From: Candidatus Eiseniibacteriota bacterium
GTDB lineage: Bacteria; Eisenbacteria; RBG-16-71-46
Direction of reading: 5' to 3'
Length of the DNA stretch: 64,000 nucleotides
Assembly (NCBI GenBank): GCA_031370785.1
Contig: JANMQY010000061.1
Span: 1 to 64,000 of the forward strand
A program made the position numbers and the translations under genes. The first letter of the stretch is position 1. Each line of letters starts with the position of its first letter. Positions 1-9,621 of this stretch are shown piece after piece. The notes beneath the pieces were generated by a model. That model saw only the letters and a program-made list of their open reading frames with translations, made no database searches and had not been told where the DNA came from.

Positions 1-719
1 CCCGCACGCCGGCGGCCGGCGAGGCCGGGGCAGTGGCCGCCGGCGGACCCGATGAACGCGTGACCGGGCGCAGTGGATTCGCCCTCGTCTTCTCGGATCG
101 CTATCTGCTCCTGATCGCGTTCCTGATGCTGGTCTACAACCTCGTGAACACCAACGGCGAGTACATCCTCGGCAAGACGGTCGTGATGCTGTACACCCTG
201 GCGCACGGCGAAGCTGCCACCGGAAGCCTCGACGCGAAGAAGGTGATCGGAGAGTTCTACGGCAACTTCTTCACGCTGGTGAACCTGATCTCGGCCGGCA
301 TCCAGGCGCTGGTCGTCTCGCGCGTGCTCAAGCACTTCGGCGTGCGGGTCGCGCTGCTCGTACTGCCCGTGGTGGCGATGGCCGGCTACATCTCGATGGC
401 GTTCGTGCCGTTGCTCTCGTTCATTCGCACCGCCAAACTGGCCGAGAACGCGCTGGACTATTCGCTGCAGAATACCACGCGGAACGCGCTTTACCTGCCC
501 ACGAGCCGCGAGGCGAAGTACAAGGCGAAGCAGGCCAACGACACCTTCTTCGTGCGCTTCGGCGACGTGCTCTCGGCCGGCTTCGTCTTCGCGGGGACCA
601 CGTGGCTGGGCTTCGCGCCGAAACACTTCGCACTGGTGAACGTCGGCCTGATCGTGATCTGGCTCGTCCTCGCGGTCGCCATTGGCCGGCGCTTCAAGCA
701 GCTTTCCGGGACAACCTAG
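1..719 (+). CDS. Npt1/Npt2 (TLC/NTT) family nucleotide transporter, C-terminal part (5' end outside window)
   Basis: Frame open from the window edge; multi-TM protein with NTT-like motifs AKLAENALDYSLQNTTRNALYLP and KYKAKQANDTFFVRFGD. Confidence 0.8.
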   Translation, partial: RTPAAGEAGAVAAGGPDERVTGRSGFALVFSDRYLLLIAFLMLVYNLVNTNGEYILGKTVVMLYTLAHGEAATGSLDAKKVIGEFYGNFFTLVNLISAGIQALVVSRVLKHFGVRVALLVLPVVAMAGYISMAFVPLLSFIRTAKLAENALDYSLQNTTRNALYLPTSREAKYKAKQANDTFFVRFGDVLSAGFVFAGTTWLGFAPKHFALVNVGLIVIWLVLAVAIGRRFKQLSGTT

Positions 720-733
720 GAGGAGTCCCGGTC

Positions 734-3466
734 GTGGCCTCATTCTCGCCGCGCCGCCTGTTCGATAGCCTGAGCCGCAGGCTTGGGATCGAGCCGCACG
801 AAGGCCGTCTGCTCGTGCTCATGGGCGCGCTCGTCACGACCCTGATGTGCGCGTACACGATCGCCAAGGTGCTGCGCGACGCCCTGTTCATCGCCGAATT
901 CGGCGCGCTCTCGCTGCCCTATGCGTACATCGGAGTGGCGCTGGCTTCGGTCGCCTTCGTATGGCTGGAAGGCGCGGTGGCGAGCCGGCTCACGCGTGTC
1001 GGCGCCGCCCGATTCAATCAGTACGCCGCGGTCGGATTCGGCGCGCTCGCCGCCACCATGCTTCCGATCTCGCCCCACTGGACGATCGTCTGGTTCTACC
1101 TGTGGACCGGCAGCCAGGCGATGATGCTCCTTCCCCACTTCTGGGGACTCGCGCTCGACGTGTGGGACTCGCGACGCGCCCGGCGCGTGTTCCCGGTTCT
1201 GGCGGGGTTCGGTCTGATCGGCGGGCTGGCGGGCGGCGCGTTTTCCGCGTGGTCGACGCCACTGGTCCGGCGGGTGGGCCTGATGTGGTTCATGGTCGCG
1301 CTGCTGGTCCTGTCCCATCTGCTGAGCCTGGTCGTGGAGAGATATCGCGCGCGCCGGCCGAGCGCGGTCGAGGCCAAGTCGACGGCCTCGCGCTGGGAGA
1401 TCATCCGCAGATCGAGGTACATCAAGATCTTCGCCTTCGGGCTGGCGCTGTCGGTCATTGTCGGAACGCTCGTCGACTTCCTGTTCAAGTACTACATCCA
1501 GCACGTCTATACCAACCCCCAGACCCTTACCCGGTTCCTCGGCAAGTTCTACGTCGTGCTCAACTCGGCGGCGCTGCTCTTTCAATTTGGCGCCGCCGGA
1601 TGGCTGATGCAGCGGCTCGGACTCGGAACGGCCAGCGGATTGCAGCCGGCCTCCATCCTGCTGCTCTCGGCGTGGGTGGCGCTGAGCCCGGGATGGTGGG
1701 CGATCAACGCGCTGCGCTCGATCCAGGGCGTGCTGTCCCAGTCGCTGGGCAAGGCGGCGACCGAGATCTACTACGCGGCGATCCGCCCCACCGAGCGCCG
1801 GCTGATCAAGCCCGCCATCGACACGCTCGTCGAGCGCTGGTCCGACGCGGTCGTGGGCGTGATGCTGATCGTCGTGCTGCAAGCGCTGCGTATCCGCATC
1901 CCGGCGATCGCGATCGGGACCGCGGTCCTCGCGGGACTGTGGCTGGTCTTCAACATCCTTCTCAATCGCGAGTTCGGCACCGCCTTCGAGAAGGCCCTGA
2001 GCAGTCGCTGGATCGATCCCGAGGCGGCTCCCGAGTCGATGCGGATTCCTTCGGCGCGCAGGGCGCTGCTCGAGGCGCTGCGATCCGGCGACGAGCCTCA
2101 CATCGTGCTCGCCCTCCAGCTGAGCCAGGCCACACGCGATCCGCAGATCTCCGAGGCCGTGCACAATTGCCTGCGACACCCATCGCCGAACGTCAAGCTC
2201 GCGGCGGTGCAGGCCATGGAGTCGATGCGACTGCGTGATCGCGAAGGAGTGATCGAGGGTTTCCTCGAGGACCAGGACGAAGGACTGCGCCGTGCCGCGG
2301 TGGGATACCTGCTCTCGCTGGGCCGGAATCCGACCGCGTTCGCGCGGCGCCTTCTCGAGGGAGAGGACGCGGCGCTTCGCCAGTATCTGATCGACGCGCT
2401 TTTCGAGCGTCCCTACGCGGCCGCCGGCGTGCTGACCCCTCAGTGGATCGACGCTCGCATCGAGTCCGGATCGCGCGAGGATCTGCTGCTGGCGGCGCGT
2501 GCGCTGGGCGTGATGACCGGCCACGTGCCGGCACAGAAGCTGCGCGCGCTGCTGGCGAATCCGGACGTCGAGATCCAGCGCGAGGCGCTGCGTTCCGCGA
2601 CCCGGCGACCCAGCCCCGAGTTGCTCGATGTCCTTCTCAAGCTGCTTCCGGTTCCCGATCTGAGCTACGAAGCGCGCCAGGCGCTTGCCGCGATCGGCGA
2701 CCCCGCGGTGCCGGGGCTGCGGCAGCTTCTCGGTGGGGAGAGCGGGGCGCACCCGCAGGAACTCGCCGCACGCACGCTGGCAGGTATCCCGAGTCCGAAC
2801 TCGATCGATGCGCTCATGTCACTGGTGCGGAGCAGCGATGTCCGGCTGCGCTACCTCGGGCTGCGCGGACTCGCCCGGATGCGCGTTCGGGTCGGACTTC
2901 CGGTGCTCGCGCGATCCAGCGCGCACCGGATGTTCCTGCGCGAGCTTCACGACTACCGCCATGCCCGGGAGTCCGCGCTCGCGCTCGAGAAACATCCCAC
3001 GCCCGGGATCCGGCTCCTGGGCGAGAGCTATCGCGAGTCCGCGGAAATGGCCCTCGAGCGCGCGCTTCAGGCGCTCGCCTGCTGGTACGAGCCGAAACCG
3101 CTGCCCGGCGTCTTCGAACGCCTCAAGTCCCCCACCCACGAGACCGCCTCGCCCGCGCTGGAGTATCTTGGGCACGTGCTGCCACGCCAGGTGTTCCGTC
3201 CGGTCCAGAGGATCTTCGAGGCGCGCGCCCTCGACGAGCCCGATGGCGCCGTGGGTGATGACGATCTTGTCGCGCGTATCCGCCAAGCATGGGAATCGGG
3301 AGACGAGTGGCTTCGCGCGTGCGCCGTGCACGCCTCACGCGCCATCGCCGGCTTCGATTCCCGCCTGTTCTCCAGCGGCGATCAGGGAAGCGCGCTGGTT
3401 CGCGCCGAGCTGGCCGCGCTCGCCGGCCGCTCCGGCGCTGCGAAGCCGGTTTCGGTGGAGACCTAG
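734..3466 (+). CDS. NTT/MFS-type transporter fused to HEAT-repeat domain
   Basis: AGGAGG before GTG 734; N-terminal ~430 aa multi-TM (KVLRDALF, HFWGLALDVWDSRRARRVF, IKPAIDTLVERWSD), followed by HEAT-like repeats (LRHPSPNVKLAAVQAM, LEDQDEGLRRAAV, NPDVEIQREAL). Confidence 0.8.
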   Translation: MASFSPRRLFDSLSRRLGIEPHEGRLLVLMGALVTTLMCAYTIAKVLRDALFIAEFGALSLPYAYIGVALASVAFVWLEGAVASRLTRVGAARFNQYAAVGFGALAATMLPISPHWTIVWFYLWTGSQAMMLLPHFWGLALDVWDSRRARRVFPVLAGFGLIGGLAGGAFSAWSTPLVRRVGLMWFMVALLVLSHLLSLVVERYRARRPSAVEAKSTASRWEIIRRSRYIKIFAFGLALSVIVGTLVDFLFKYYIQHVYTNPQTLTRFLGKFYVVLNSAALLFQFGAAGWLMQRLGLGTASGLQPASILLLSAWVALSPGWWAINALRSIQGVLSQSLGKAATEIYYAAIRPTERRLIKPAIDTLVERWSDAVVGVMLIVVLQALRIRIPAIAIGTAVLAGLWLVFNILLNREFGTAFEKALSSRWIDPEAAPESMRIPSARRALLEALRSGDEPHIVLALQLSQATRDPQISEAVHNCLRHPSPNVKLAAVQAMESMRLRDREGVIEGFLEDQDEGLRRAAVGYLLSLGRNPTAFARRLLEGEDAALRQYLIDALFERPYAAAGVLTPQWIDARIESGSREDLLLAARALGVMTGHVPAQKLRALLANPDVEIQREALRSATRRPSPELLDVLLKLLPVPDLSYEARQALAAIGDPAVPGLRQLLGGESGAHPQELAARTLAGIPSPNSIDALMSLVRSSDVRLRYLGLRGLARMRVRVGLPVLARSSAHRMFLRELHDYRHARESALALEKHPTPGIRLLGESYRESAEMALERALQALACWYEPKPLPGVFERLKSPTHETASPALEYLGHVLPRQVFRPVQRIFEARALDEPDGAVGDDDLVARIRQAWESGDEWLRACAVHASRAIAGFDSRLFSSGDQGSALVRAELAALAGRSGAAKPVSVET

Positions 3467-3468
3467 AG

Positions 3469-4137
3469 ATGCTGACCCCGGTCGAACGCGTGCTCATCCT
3501 GAAGAGCGCCGATCTGCTCAAGGACGTCGGTCCGCGGCGCCTGCTCGAGCTCGCCGAAGTCGCGCGCGAGATCGAAATTTCGAAGGGCGAGACGATCTAC
3601 AAGGAGGACGACCCCGCCGACGCGCTGTACATGGTGGTCGAGGGGCGCGTGAGCATCGTGACCGGAGAGCGGACTTCCGAAGTGGGCCCGGGCGAGGCTT
3701 TCGGAACCTGGGCGCTGGTCGACGACTCCGGGCGGGGTCATCGGGCGGAGTGCATCGAGGACGGCCGCACGCTGGCTCTACACCGCGACGAATTCTACGA
3801 TGTGGCGGCCAGTGATCTGACGCTGCTGCAGGAGGTGGTGCGCGCGCTCGCACGGCGCCTGCGCGCTCTGGTCTCGGATCAGCCGGAGGAAGCGCGGGTC
3901 GAGGGCGAAGGTGTCGAGAAGCCCGAGGCTCTGGTGAAGGCCGAGACCGCGGCCGCGGAATCCGCGGCGGCAGCGCCCGAGACCCCGCCCCCGACGCCGG
4001 GCGCCGCGCTGGCGGCGGCGGCTCTCGGTCAGACCCTGCCCGAGAGCACGACCCAGGAAGCACGGCGCAAGCCCGAGCTGCCGCGCGAAGACATCGTGCC
4101 GACGCACGCGCCCGAAGTCGAGCCGAAGTCCCCATAG
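3469..4137 (+). CDS. Cyclic nucleotide-binding domain protein
   Basis: MLTPVERVLILK start, KGETIYKEDDPADALYMVVEGRV...GPGEAFG cNMP fold, Ala/Pro/Glu-rich tail; starts 2 nt after the upstream stop. Confidence 0.8.
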   Translation: MLTPVERVLILKSADLLKDVGPRRLLELAEVAREIEISKGETIYKEDDPADALYMVVEGRVSIVTGERTSEVGPGEAFGTWALVDDSGRGHRAECIEDGRTLALHRDEFYDVAASDLTLLQEVVRALARRLRALVSDQPEEARVEGEGVEKPEALVKAETAAAESAAAAPETPPPTPGAALAAAALGQTLPESTTQEARRKPELPREDIVPTHAPEVEPKSP

Positions 4138-4157
4138 TCAATGGCCGGGAGGAACGC

Positions 4158-4787
4158 ATGGACGGACTGAAACTGCGAAAACCGAGCGAGGATTTCTTCA
4201 GCTGGTTCGAAGAGGCGGCGCACAACAACGTCGAGGCGGCGCTGCTGCTCGACCGGATGTGCAAGGAGTTCGGCCGCTCGGAGGAGATCGTGCGCCAGCT
4301 GCACGACCTCGAACACAAGGGCGACGGCATCTCGCACGCCGTCTACAAGAAGCTCAACAAGGTCTTCATGCCGCCGCTCGATCGTGAGGACATCATCGCG
4401 ATCACGATCGCGCTCGACGACGTGATGGATCACATTCACGAAGCCGGTGACGCGATGTGCATCTACAACATCAAGGAGCCGACCAGCGTGGCGCGCGAAC
4501 TCGCGACCGTCATCGTCGGGTGCACCACGCAAGTCGAGCAGCAGATGCCCAATCTTCGCAGCCGCCGCTCCATGCGGCGGGTCGAGGAGGGCATCATCGA
4601 GATCCACCGGCTCGAGAACCAGGCGGACGCGCTGTTCCGCCAGGGGACCATGGACCTGTTCCACAAGCCTCACGACCCGACTCACGTGATCGCCTGGAGC
4701 CGGATCTACGAGACGATGGAGCAGGTGACCGACCGGTGCGAAGACATCGCGGATGTCCTGCGCGGGCTGGTGATCAAGCATGCCTAG
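4158..4787 (+). CDS. DUF47 / PhoU-like phosphate transport regulator
   Basis: LEHKGD, FMPPLDREDI, LDDVMD, IHRLENQAD, DRCEDIAD motifs; overlaps pit. Confidence 0.9.
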   Translation: MDGLKLRKPSEDFFSWFEEAAHNNVEAALLLDRMCKEFGRSEEIVRQLHDLEHKGDGISHAVYKKLNKVFMPPLDREDIIAITIALDDVMDHIHEAGDAMCIYNIKEPTSVARELATVIVGCTTQVEQQMPNLRSRRSMRRVEEGIIEIHRLENQADALFRQGTMDLFHKPHDPTHVIAWSRIYETMEQVTDRCEDIADVLRGLVIKHA

Positions 4788-5781
4788 CGAAGGCGTGACG
4801 CCGCTGCTGGTCCTGCTGGTTTCGCTTGCCGTCGTGTTCGATTTCATCAACGGGTTTCACGACACGGCCAATGCGGTCGCGACTGTCATCTCGACGCGCG
4901 TGCTGCGACCGTGGGTGGCGATCACGATGGCGGGCGTGCTGAATTTCGTCGGAGCCATGAGCGGAACCGAGGTCGCCCGGACGATCGGTAGCGGGATCGT
5001 CGGCGGCACGGTCCCGCTGGTCGCGATCACCGCGGCGCTGGTGGGCGCGATCGCGTGGAATCTGTTCACGTGGTACTTCGGCATTCCGAGCAGCTCCAGC
5101 CACGCGTTGATCGGCAGCCTGCTCGGCGCGGGCATCGCCAGCCTGGGAATCGGCTCGGCGCACTGGAACGTGCTGGTCGACAAGGTCGCCATGCCGCTGG
5201 TCCTGTCCCCGATGGTCGGATTCTTTTTCGCGCTCTTCCTCATGAGACTTCTGGTGCGCATCTTCGGCTCGATGAGTCCCGCCCGAGTCGGTCCGATCTT
5301 CCGACGGTCGCAGGTCGTTTCAGCGGCGTTCATGGCATTCAGCCATGGCAGCAACGATGCCCAGAAGACCATGGGCATCATTACGCTGGGCCTGGTCAGT
5401 GCAGGACTCCTGCCGACGTTTCACGTGCCCACCTGGGTGATCGGATTGAGCGCGGCCGCGATGGGCGCCGGAACGCTTGCCGGAGGCCGGCGCATCATTC
5501 ACACCATGGGCACTCGGCTCGCGCATCTCGAACCGATCCACGGCTTCGCCGCGGAAACCGCGGCGGCGACGGTAATCGAGACCGCGTCGCGTTTCGGCTT
5601 TCCCCTGAGCACCACTCACGTGATCAGCTCGAGCATCCTCGGCGCCGGCGCGGCACGGCGCCTGAATGCGGTGCGCTGGGAGGTGGTGCGCACCATGGTC
5701 GGCGCCTGGGTGCTCACGATTCCGGTCACCGCAACACTGGGATTTCTAACGGCGCTGGCCGCACGAGCCGTGTTTCACTAG
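4780..5781 (+). CDS. pit: Inorganic phosphate transporter, PiT family
   Basis: NGFHDTANAVAT, PSSSSHALIG, HGSNDAQKTMG, PLSTTH signatures. Confidence 0.95.
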   Translation: MPSEGVTPLLVLLVSLAVVFDFINGFHDTANAVATVISTRVLRPWVAITMAGVLNFVGAMSGTEVARTIGSGIVGGTVPLVAITAALVGAIAWNLFTWYFGIPSSSSHALIGSLLGAGIASLGIGSAHWNVLVDKVAMPLVLSPMVGFFFALFLMRLLVRIFGSMSPARVGPIFRRSQVVSAAFMAFSHGSNDAQKTMGIITLGLVSAGLLPTFHVPTWVIGLSAAAMGAGTLAGGRRIIHTMGTRLAHLEPIHGFAAETAAATVIETASRFGFPLSTTHVISSSILGAGAARRLNAVRWEVVRTMVGAWVLTIPVTATLGFLTALAARAVFH

Positions 5782-5833
5782 TCGAGCCGTCCTTCCCGGG
5801 CGGAGTCGAGAAGAGACCGACACGGAGGATGGA

Positions 5834-6655
5834 ATGAAGCGTATTGCCGACCGTCTGCAGGTGCGCGGCCGCAAGGTTCGCCTGTCCGAGTGGAAGCCGG
5901 GCGCGACCCCCGGGTGCAAGGACAAGGAAGATGCGGCGGAGCGGCTCGCGAAGAACCTCGCACGCATCGATGAGCTGCAGTATCGGCTCTATGCCGAGGC
6001 CAAGCGCTCCCTTCTCATCGTGCTGCAGGGAATGGATACCTCGGGCAAGGATGGCGTGATCCGCAAGGCCATGACCGTATTCAACGCGCAGGGTTGCAAG
6101 GTCTGGCCGTTCAAGGTGCCCACCCACGAAGAGGCCACGCATGATTTTCTCTGGCGCATCCACCGCGCGACCCCCGCGCGCGGCGAGGTGGCGATCTTCA
6201 ACCGGTCGCACTACGAGGACGTGCTGGTGGTTCGAGTGCACGACCTCGTGCCGCGCGAGGTCTGGTCGGGGCGCTACGACGTGATCAACGATTTCGAGCG
6301 CTACCTGAACAGGAACGGCACCGAGGTGATCAAGTTCTTCCTGCACATCAGCCGGAAGGAGCAGCGCGACCGGTTGCTCGCGAGGCTCGAGGCACCGACC
6401 AAGCGCTGGAAGTTCAGCGATGCCGATCTCGCCGAGCGAACGCACTGGCAGAGCTATCAGCGCGCGTACGAGGATGCGCTCGCCCGATGCAGCACCAAGT
6501 ACGCACCGTGGTACGTCATCCCGGCCGACCGAAAGTGGTATCGCGACTTCGCGGTCTCGGACATCGTCGCGGACGTGCTCGCGAAGATGGATCCGAAGCT
6601 GCCCAAGGCGAAACTCGACGTGAAGGGGCTGCGCGCGCGCCTGATGCGACCGTAG
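5834..6655 (+). CDS. ppk2: Polyphosphate kinase 2 family protein
   Basis: QGMDTSGKDG Walker A, FNRSHYEDVLVVRV, APWYVIPADRKWYR. Confidence 0.93.
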   Translation: MKRIADRLQVRGRKVRLSEWKPGATPGCKDKEDAAERLAKNLARIDELQYRLYAEAKRSLLIVLQGMDTSGKDGVIRKAMTVFNAQGCKVWPFKVPTHEEATHDFLWRIHRATPARGEVAIFNRSHYEDVLVVRVHDLVPREVWSGRYDVINDFERYLNRNGTEVIKFFLHISRKEQRDRLLARLEAPTKRWKFSDADLAERTHWQSYQRAYEDALARCSTKYAPWYVIPADRKWYRDFAVSDIVADVLAKMDPKLPKAKLDVKGLRARLMRP

Positions 6656-6731
6656 AGGTGAGCGTCCGGTTTATCGCTCCCTCCCGGGCGTGGCGCCAGC
6701 TCGCGATGGCGCTTGCGTCAGTTGACCAGCA

Positions 6732-6744
6732 TGTAACGCGTACA
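6732..6744. promoter_or_regulatory. Palindromic enhancer (UAS) candidate TGTA-N5-TACA
   Basis: TGTAACGCGTACA, ~87 bp upstream of the -24 GG at 6831; half-site TTACA at 6763-6767. Confidence 0.6.
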
Positions 6745-6829
6745 AGCGCGCCATTCCCTTTCTTACAACGATCGCTCATTTTTTCGGCCGTGCCCGTTGT
6801 CAAAACACGACTTCCGGAGACGCAGCCGA

Positions 6830-6844
6830 TGGCATGGAACCTGC
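6830..6844 (+). promoter_or_regulatory. sigma54 -24/-12 promoter
   Basis: TGGCATGGAACCTGC (GG-N10-GC), intergenic, upstream of ATG 6928. Confidence 0.7.
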
Positions 6845-6927
6845 GTTATGTCCCTCCGAGCGAGTTCCCCCGGCTCGCCGCGTGCCGATATCTGGACGGA
6901 ACCACCCTTCGGAAGCGGGAGAGCCTC

Positions 6928-7335
6928 ATGGTTGCACTGACTGACGATCTGACTGCGGCGCGCCGCTTCTGCGAGAGCCTCGGGGAAGCGCTGCGGACCT
7001 TCCAATACCGCATGCAGACCGATGACGAGATCACCGGGATGGTGAAGGCCGGCAACCATGAGGCCTTCGACGCGCTGGTCATGCGCTACCGCGACCGCAT
7101 CTACGGTCTCGCGATCGCCTCGCTCGGCAACGAGGAAGAGGCCGGAGAAACCGTGTGCCAGGCCCTCACCTCCGCGTTCCACGACGTGCGCTCGGTCGGA
7201 CCGGAGTGCTCGACCGGAACCTGGCTTTACCTCCACGGCCTGCGCGCCGTATTCTCGCGCCTTGAAAAGTCGCCCGGCGGTTACGCGATCGAAACGCGTG
7301 CGCCGATCCAAGAGGACAATCTCGAGGTCGCCTGA
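6928..7335 (+). CDS. ECF sigma factor region-2-only protein (paralog A), no region 4
   Basis: TDDEITGMVKAGNHEAFDALVMRYRDRIYGLAIASLGNEEEA...TWLY resembles ECF sigma regions 1.2/2; stops after 135 aa; GGGAGAG RBS. Confidence 0.7.
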   Translation: MVALTDDLTAARRFCESLGEALRTFQYRMQTDDEITGMVKAGNHEAFDALVMRYRDRIYGLAIASLGNEEEAGETVCQALTSAFHDVRSVGPECSTGTWLYLHGLRAVFSRLEKSPGGYAIETRAPIQEDNLEVA

Positions 7336-7363
7336 GAATCCGGAAGATTCCCACCTCCCTTCG

Positions 7364-8884
7364 ATGAGCATCCCGCGTGAACAGCAGCGGGCACGGCTGC
7401 TGGGCATTGCACGACGTGCGATGCTGGAGCGCGGGCTCGAGCCGGACTTCCCGGCCAAAGCACTGGCCGAGGCGAAGTCATTCCCCGGTGACGTCGCCCG
7501 CGAGGCTCCCGATGTGCGCGATCTCCGCAAGCTGGCCTGGTGCTCGATCGACAACGATGATTCGCGCGATCTCGACCAGCTGACGGTCGCCGAGTCGCTC
7601 CAGGGCGGCAAGACCCGGATCCTGATCGCAGTTGCGGACGTCAGCGCGGCCGTCGGGCTGGGCTCGGCGCTCGATGCGCATGCGCGGACCAACACGACGT
7701 CGGTCTACACGCCGGGCCACAATTTTCCGATGCTGCCCGACCTGCTGAGCACCGACCTGACCTCGCTGGTGATGGGCGAGGATCGGCTGGCCATGATCGT
7801 CGAGATCGTGGTCGACGCGGAGGGCGACCGCGGAGCGGGGGTTGTCTTCCGGGCCACTGTGCGCAATCAGGCCAAGCTCGCATACAACAGCGTGGGGCCC
7901 TGGCTCGAGGGCGAAACTCCCGTGCCCGAGGCGGTTGCGGCCGTTCCTGGCCTGGCCGATCAGCTGAGGCTTCAGGACCAAGCGGCTCAGCGCCTGCGGG
8001 CCAACCGCCATCAGCGTGGAGCGCTCGAGCTCGAGACGCTCGATGTGCGGGCGAAATTCGACGGCGATGCGGTGAGCGCGCTGGTGGCCCAAAGGCGCAA
8101 CCGCGCCCGGGAACTCATCGAGGACTTCATGATTGCCGCCAACAGCGCCATCGCCGGCTTCCTCGAGAGCCACCAGCTTCCGATCGTGAGACGCGTGGTG
8201 CGATCCCCGGAACGCTGGCCGCGCATCGTGGAGATCGCCCGCGCGCTCGGCGAGCGGCTGCCGGCCGAGCCGGACGCGAAGGCGCTCAACGCATTCCTCA
8301 TCAAGCGCCGCGCAGCGGACTCGCTGCGCTTTCCCGACCTCTCGCTTGCGGTGATCAAGCTGCTCGGCCGCGGAGAGTATGTCGCGACCTTCCCCGGCCA
8401 GCCCGTGATCGGTCATTTCGGTCTGGCCGTGACCGATTACACGCATTCCACCGCCCCCAATCGACGCTACCCGGATCTGATCACCCAGCGATTGCTGAAG
8501 GCGGCTCTCGCCGGCGCTCGGGTTCCGTACGATCGCGGCGCTCTCGGGGCGCTGGCGGCGGAATGCACGCTGAAGGAGGACGCGGCCCAGAAGGTCGAAC
8601 GCCTGACGCGCAAGGCGGCGGCGGCGCTGTTGCTCGGCGACCGGATCGGCGAGGAGTTCGACGGGATCGTGACCGGCGCTTCACCCAAGGGAACCTGGGT
8701 CCGGATCTTCGATCCACCGGTCGAGGGCCGGATCGAGGAGGGCAGTGAAGGGCTCGACGTCGGAGACACAGTGCGGGTCAAGCTCGTGCATACCGACCCC
8801 GATCGCGGATTCATCGACTTCGTCCGCCGGTCTCACGCTCCGATCGGCCGATCCTCGGCCGCCCACGCTCGATCCAGCAGGTAG
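7364..8884 (+). CDS. RNB-domain exoribonuclease (RNase II/R family, short form with C-terminal S1)
   Basis: SIDNDDSRDLDQ, IEDFMIAAN, HFGLAVTDYTHSTAPNRRYPDLITQR. Confidence 0.9.
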   Translation: MSIPREQQRARLLGIARRAMLERGLEPDFPAKALAEAKSFPGDVAREAPDVRDLRKLAWCSIDNDDSRDLDQLTVAESLQGGKTRILIAVADVSAAVGLGSALDAHARTNTTSVYTPGHNFPMLPDLLSTDLTSLVMGEDRLAMIVEIVVDAEGDRGAGVVFRATVRNQAKLAYNSVGPWLEGETPVPEAVAAVPGLADQLRLQDQAAQRLRANRHQRGALELETLDVRAKFDGDAVSALVAQRRNRARELIEDFMIAANSAIAGFLESHQLPIVRRVVRSPERWPRIVEIARALGERLPAEPDAKALNAFLIKRRAADSLRFPDLSLAVIKLLGRGEYVATFPGQPVIGHFGLAVTDYTHSTAPNRRYPDLITQRLLKAALAGARVPYDRGALGALAAECTLKEDAAQKVERLTRKAAAALLLGDRIGEEFDGIVTGASPKGTWVRIFDPPVEGRIEEGSEGLDVGDTVRVKLVHTDPDRGFIDFVRRSHAPIGRSSAAHARSSR

Positions 8885-8932
8885 ATCCGGCGGGCGAGGC
8901 TGCCGGCAAAGGCATCCTCGCGCGCCCCGGTT

Positions 8933-9334
8933 CTACTTGACCACGACCTGCCGATTCATGAGCTTGAGCACGACGATGACCAGGATCACGACGATCAGAA
9001 CGCCGATGATGGCGCCGGTCGCATCCCCGCCGCTCGGCAGACCCTTGGAGGCGCTGGCGAGCGTGTGCAGGTCCTGGTCCGACATGCTGGCGAGCCGGAG
9101 CTGGGCATCCGCCGGCGAAACGCCGTAGTCCCGCAGCTTCTGCGCGACCACCTTGTTCTCGAGCGCCCGCTGCGCGACCAGCAGGTCGGCGTCGCGCGCC
9201 GATGCGATTGTGGTCGAGCCCGACAGACTCGAGGGTGCGAGACCGGCCGCGGCCGGAGCGATGTCGAGAGCGCCCATGTACAGAACGACCACGAGCGCAG
9301 TCCAGAACCTGAGCTTGCGCGGGAACATTTTCAT
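8933..9334 (-). CDS. PA2779-family exported/membrane protein
   Basis: Signal peptide, LRDYGVSPADAQLRLASMSDQDL...LPSGG followed by a C-terminal hydrophobic helix; GAGAGG RBS. Confidence 0.75.
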   Translation of the reverse strand: MKMFPRKLRFWTALVVVLYMGALDIAPAAAGLAPSSLSGSTTIASARDADLLVAQRALENKVVAQKLRDYGVSPADAQLRLASMSDQDLHTLASASKGLPSGGDATGAIIGVLIVVILVIVVLKLMNRQVVVK

Positions 9335-9396
9335 GTCGTACCTCTCGATGTGAGGAACTGGTGGCGTCCGGCAAGGACTGCCGGCACGGTGATCGA

Positions 9397-9546
9397 CTAC
9401 AGAACCTTGCGGCCCTGAATGACCCTTACCAGCACGACGATGATGGCAATGACCAGCAGGAGATGGATCAGCCCGCTTCCGACGTGAAGCGCGAAGAACC
9501 CCAGCAACCACAGGATCAGCAGCACTACCGCAATCGTCCAAAGCAT
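9397..9546 (-). CDS. lmo0937-family (DUF5670-like) small membrane protein, 49 aa; not in ORF track
   Basis: Translated by hand: MLWTIAVVLLILWLLGFFALHVGSGLIHLLLVIAIIVVLVRVIQGRKVL; GGAGG RBS. Confidence 0.85.
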   Translation of the reverse strand: MLWTIAVVLLILWLLGFFALHVGSGLIHLLLVIAIIVVLVRVIQGRKVL

Positions 9547-9574
9547 GGATGAGACCCTCCCTTTGTAAGTTGGG

Positions 9575-9600
9575 GGCGGCAGGGCACCTTCCCTGCCGCC
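9575..9600 (-). terminator. GC-rich stem-loop downstream of the ice-binding gene
   Basis: GGCGGCAGGG-cacctt-CCCTGCCGCC, 10-bp stem; no clear U-tract. Confidence 0.45.
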
Positions 9601-9621
9601 TCCACCATCAGTGGCGTCCCG

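Noticed and set aside
6487..6927. Long N-terminal extensions in the ORF track (also 26066-26179, 15342-15530, 52965-53237)
   Set aside because: Run through promoter or intergenic DNA; better RBS-supported starts lie downstream
9584..9598. Minus-strand CGGCAGGGAAGGTGC, resembling the sigma54 site at 31966 and also upstream of an lmo0937 gene
   Set aside because: Lies inside a perfect hairpin that explains the sequence; lacks TGGCAY; not counted
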